Shown: piece by piece, positions 61,702 through 64,000 of the stretch | Layout of the letters: each line of letters starts with the position of its first letter | Position numbering within the stretch: position 1 is the stretch's first letter | DNA from: Actinomycetota bacterium | Lineage (GTDB): Bacteria; Actinomycetota; Thermoleophilia; RBG-16-64-13 | NCBI GenBank assembly: GCA_016278725.1 | Contig: JADQBG010000010.1 | Coordinates: 35,984-99,983, forward strand | Reading direction: 5' to 3' | DNA length: 64,000 bases | Notes under the pieces: generated by a model | Told to the model about the DNA's origin: nothing | Seen by the model: only the letters and a program-made list of their open reading frames with translations | Database searches by the model: none | Program-made: the position numbers and the translations under genes

Positions 61702-62870
61702 GATTCGACCACCCGGCCTCCATCCATCACGGCGAGGGCGACGGTGACACCGTTTCCCGCCATTTTGCTCATCAACATGCGGCCTCCCTCGTCCGCCGCC
61801 CACAGGGCCGCGGGTTCGGCCACCGCTCCCACGCCCACCTGCTCGCGCACGAAGTCGCTTTCCGGAAGTTGTTCCGAGCCGACCACCGCCTGCAGCTGGC
61901 CGGCGGTGGCTACGCGCAGGGGTACGCCGAGCGCCGCGGCGGCCTCGAGCAGTCCGGCTTCTTCGGCTTTGGCCCCCACGGTCGCCAACACCCCGAGAGA
62001 GCGCGGGTGGAGCCCGGCGCGGTTCAGCCCCTCCGCGATCGCTTCGCGAATCGCCTCGGCCACGGTGCCGCGCTTACACCCCACCCCCGCACAGACCCAG
62101 CGGGGAACCAGAGCGAGGCAGTCCGAGCGATCCACCGCGGCCCGCATGGACACGAGGACGCAGTGGCCTTCCTCGCCCGTCGTCATCGCTTCCGCCCCGC
62201 TCGGAGCAGTTGCCGCGCCGGTCAGAGGGGCGACCCGGTATCCGGCCAAGCTTCGCAGGAAAGCTTCGGCGGCCCCCAGTTCGGCGGGCTCGTAGCGCAG
62301 CAGCGGCTGCTCGCCTTCCACGAGTGCGGCGGCCGTCTCCGTAAGCCTCTCGGGGTTGAGCACCGCCGCGCGGAGTCGTTCGGCCAGGAGATCCGGCCCG
62401 AGAAAACCCTGCACGTCCGACGAGGTGGTGAGAACCGCCTGCCCCCCCAGGGCTTCCGCCAGCCGGCTCGCCAGAGCATTCGCCCCTCCCAGATGTCCGG
62501 AAAGCAAGGGAATGGCGTACCGCCCCGCCTCGTCCAGCGCAACGACGGCCGGGTCCTCCTGCTTGCTCCTCAGGCAGGAGGCCAGGGAGCGGAAGACGAC
62601 GCCGGTGGACATCACGCAGACCAGCTGCCGGCCGTCGGAGAACGCTGCCCGCAGAGCCGGTCCCACTCGAGAGAAGGTGTGAAGCCGGGTCGACGCCACC
62701 CCCGCCGCCACCCCAGGGGGAGACGTGGCCGAAGGCAAGGACGCATGGCGCGAGGGAATCCAGAGCTCTGCCTCAAGCATCTCGGCCACGCGCTCCGCGA
62801 GCAGAACGCCGCCCCGCGTGAGCGCAAAGACCGCGATGGGAGCTCCCCCTGGCTGCGGCTCCTGGATCAC
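61698..62870 (-). CDS. cbiG: Cobalt-precorrin-5A hydrolase
   Basis: CbiG N-, middle and C-domain blocks (IAVFALTRGG ... YAIPLLSGHLGGANALA ... VCAGVGCKRG ... LATVGAKAEE). Confidence 0.8.
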   Translation of the reverse strand: MIQEPQPGGAPIAVFALTRGGVLLAERVAEMLEAELWIPSRHASLPSATSPPGVAAGVASTRLHTFSRVGPALRAAFSDGRQLVCVMSTGVVFRSLASCLRSKQEDPAVVALDEAGRYAIPLLSGHLGGANALASRLAEALGGQAVLTTSSDVQGFLGPDLLAERLRAAVLNPERLTETAAALVEGEQPLLRYEPAELGAAEAFLRSLAGYRVAPLTGAATAPSGAEAMTTGEEGHCVLVSMRAAVDRSDCLALVPRWVCAGVGCKRGTVAEAIREAIAEGLNRAGLHPRSLGVLATVGAKAEEAGLLEAAAALGVPLRVATAGQLQAVVGSEQLPESDFVREQVGVGAVAEPAALWAADEGGRMLMSKMAGNGVTVALAVMDGGRVVES

Positions 62871-63652
62871 GCGTCGGCTTTCCGGTAACCGTGGGCGAAG
62901 CTGGCGTCGTAGAGCTTGGAACGGGTTTCCACCGGATGGAGCACGTCGCCCACCACGATCATGGCCGTCCGGCTGATATCCGCCGCCTGCACCTTCTCGG
63001 CGATGTCCCGAAGCTCGCCGCGCACGATGCGCTCCTCCGGCCAGGATGCGTTGGCCACCACCGCGACCGGCGTCTTCAGAGGATAGTGCTCGGCCAGATC
63101 ACGGACGACTTCCTCGATCTGGCCAACACTCAAGAAAAGGCAGATGGTGGCCCGGTGGGAGGCAAGCGAGACCAGATCCTGCCCCTCGGGGACCGGCGTG
63201 CGCCCGGCCCGGCGCGTGAGGATCACGGTCTGAGAGATCTCGGGGGCGGTCAGTTCCACTCTGAGGGCGGCGGCGCTGGCGGCGAAGGAGCTGACTCCGG
63301 GGATGACGGCGTAGGGAATCCCGAGGCCGTCCAGTTCGTCCATCTGCTCGCCGATCGCCCCGTAAATTGCGGGATCGCCCGTGTGCAGGCGCACCACCCG
63401 GCGGCCCGCCCGGTAACCCTCGGCCATCAGGGAGACGATCGCCCCGAGATCGAGTCCGGCGGAGTCGTGGATTTCGGCCGAGGCGTCGCAGTGGCCGAGT
63501 ACGTCGGGGTGGATCAGCGACCCGGCCCAGATCACTACCTGGGCTTCGGCGAGCGCCCGCGCGCCCTTCAGGGTGATGAGTTCGGGGTCGCCGGGACCGG
63601 CCCCCACGAAGAGCACGGGGGAGTTTTCGGGGACGCGGGCGGGCTCGGTCAC
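62867..63652 (-). CDS. cbiF: Cobalt-precorrin-4 C11-methyltransferase
   Basis: VLFVGAGPGDPELITLKG ... VRLHTGDPAIYGA ... VIPGVSS, tetrapyrrole methylase blocks with CbiF-type length (261 aa). Confidence 0.85.
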   Translation of the reverse strand: MTEPARVPENSPVLFVGAGPGDPELITLKGARALAEAQVVIWAGSLIHPDVLGHCDASAEIHDSAGLDLGAIVSLMAEGYRAGRRVVRLHTGDPAIYGAIGEQMDELDGLGIPYAVIPGVSSFAASAAALRVELTAPEISQTVILTRRAGRTPVPEGQDLVSLASHRATICLFLSVGQIEEVVRDLAEHYPLKTPVAVVANASWPEERIVRGELRDIAEKVQAADISRTAMIVVGDVLHPVETRSKLYDASFAHGYRKADA

Positions 63653-63993
63653 GGCTGTTTCCCTTCGCTTTGCTCTGGACGTTCCGGCGGAATCACCACT
63701 ACCGAGAAGTAGGGCAGACGAGAGGAGCCGGCCTCACTCAACCGGTAGATCTTCTGCTGCGGCAGACTGACGTTCTCGACTACCATCGCCCGTTCGGCCG
63801 CCCGCTGTCGCTCGAGAACCTCCATCGCTTCCTCGCCCATTCGGGAGGGCTTCATGATGACCACCGCTCCCCGCAGTTCGAGGGCCCGGCGCAGCATTTC
63901 CGCGTCACCACCGTCCGGGCAGATGACCAGGGGCTCGCGCCCCTCAACCAGAGGCAATCCCAAGGCCGACGAGGCGGAAATGGGGGAAATCAC
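63649..63993 (-). CDS. Tetrapyrrole methylase C-terminal fragment (CbiL/CobI-like cobalt-factor-II/precorrin-2 C20-methyltransferase), N-terminus beyond window
   Basis: C-terminal ~110 aa (LVICPDGGDAE ... VVIMKPSR ... ENVSLPQQKIYRL) consistent with CbiL. Overlaps the cbiF start by 4 nt. Truncated by the window edge. Confidence 0.5.
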   Translation of the reverse strand: MISPISASSALGLPLVEGREPLVICPDGGDAEMLRRALELRGAVVIMKPSRMGEEAMEVLERQRAAERAMVVENVSLPQQKIYRLSEAGSSRLPYFSVVVIPPERPEQSEGKQP

Positions 63994-64000
63994 GCCCGGC

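Overview
High-GC (~68-70%) bacterial chromosomal window, probably Actinobacteria-like. This is suggested by a translational-type T-box leader on ileS, leaderless mRNAs with TGnTAGAAT-type extended -10 elements, the nrdR-nrdJ pair, and an NlpC/P60 RipA-like hydrolase. Most content is core-like and densely packed, with many 1-4 nt start/stop overlaps indicating translational coupling. Called features, in order: a RipA-like NlpC/P60 hydrolase; an NfeD-stomatin operon that also carries a HypC-family OB-fold protein and a CPBP protease; tRNA-Ala(CGC) and YjbQ; a GtrA/GT2/GT-C glycosylation operon; a small secreted CXXCH protein with a Thr-rich repeat tail; an L,D-transpeptidase; MtaB-Dtd-LepB-HisK(PHP)-DAGK; ileS with a T-box leader; a six-gene operon (class-V aminotransferase/cysteine desulfurase - MoxR - DUF58 - transglutaminase - MetE/UroD-like Zn methyltransferase - PAP2); a 2x[4Fe-4S] ferredoxin; a Cys-rich hypothetical protein; an ArsR/SufR-like regulator with IscS-IscU; a pterin-binding MeTr-like protein; a PucR regulator and Amt; nrdR - nrdJ (B12-dependent RNR) - HIBADH-like - small protein; a two-component system; an FAD oxidoreductase; a GerMN lipoprotein; a large LuxR/STAND (MalT-like) regulator preceded by a truncated SSB-like OB-fold protein; STAS, Zn-ribbon and OsmC small proteins; and a late cobamide biosynthesis region (CbiR-like TIM barrel, CobS, archaeal-type CobT, fused CbiH-CbiJ, CbiG, CbiF, partial CbiL) interleaved with SIMPL, SDR, TreZ, DUF3309 and HIT genes. 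No CRISPR array, transposase, integrase or rRNA was seen. The most unusual items are the operon architectures (HypC-like in an NfeD/SPFH operon; cysteine desulfurase-like + MoxR/DUF58/TGase + MetE-like methyltransferase), a signal-peptide-like N-terminus on the RipA-like gene with no canonical start codon, a recurring GTAACG palindrome family in two intergenic regions, and the anaerobic-type cobamide genes with an archaeal-type CobT. The long antisense ORFs in the six-frame track are regarded as high-GC artefacts.
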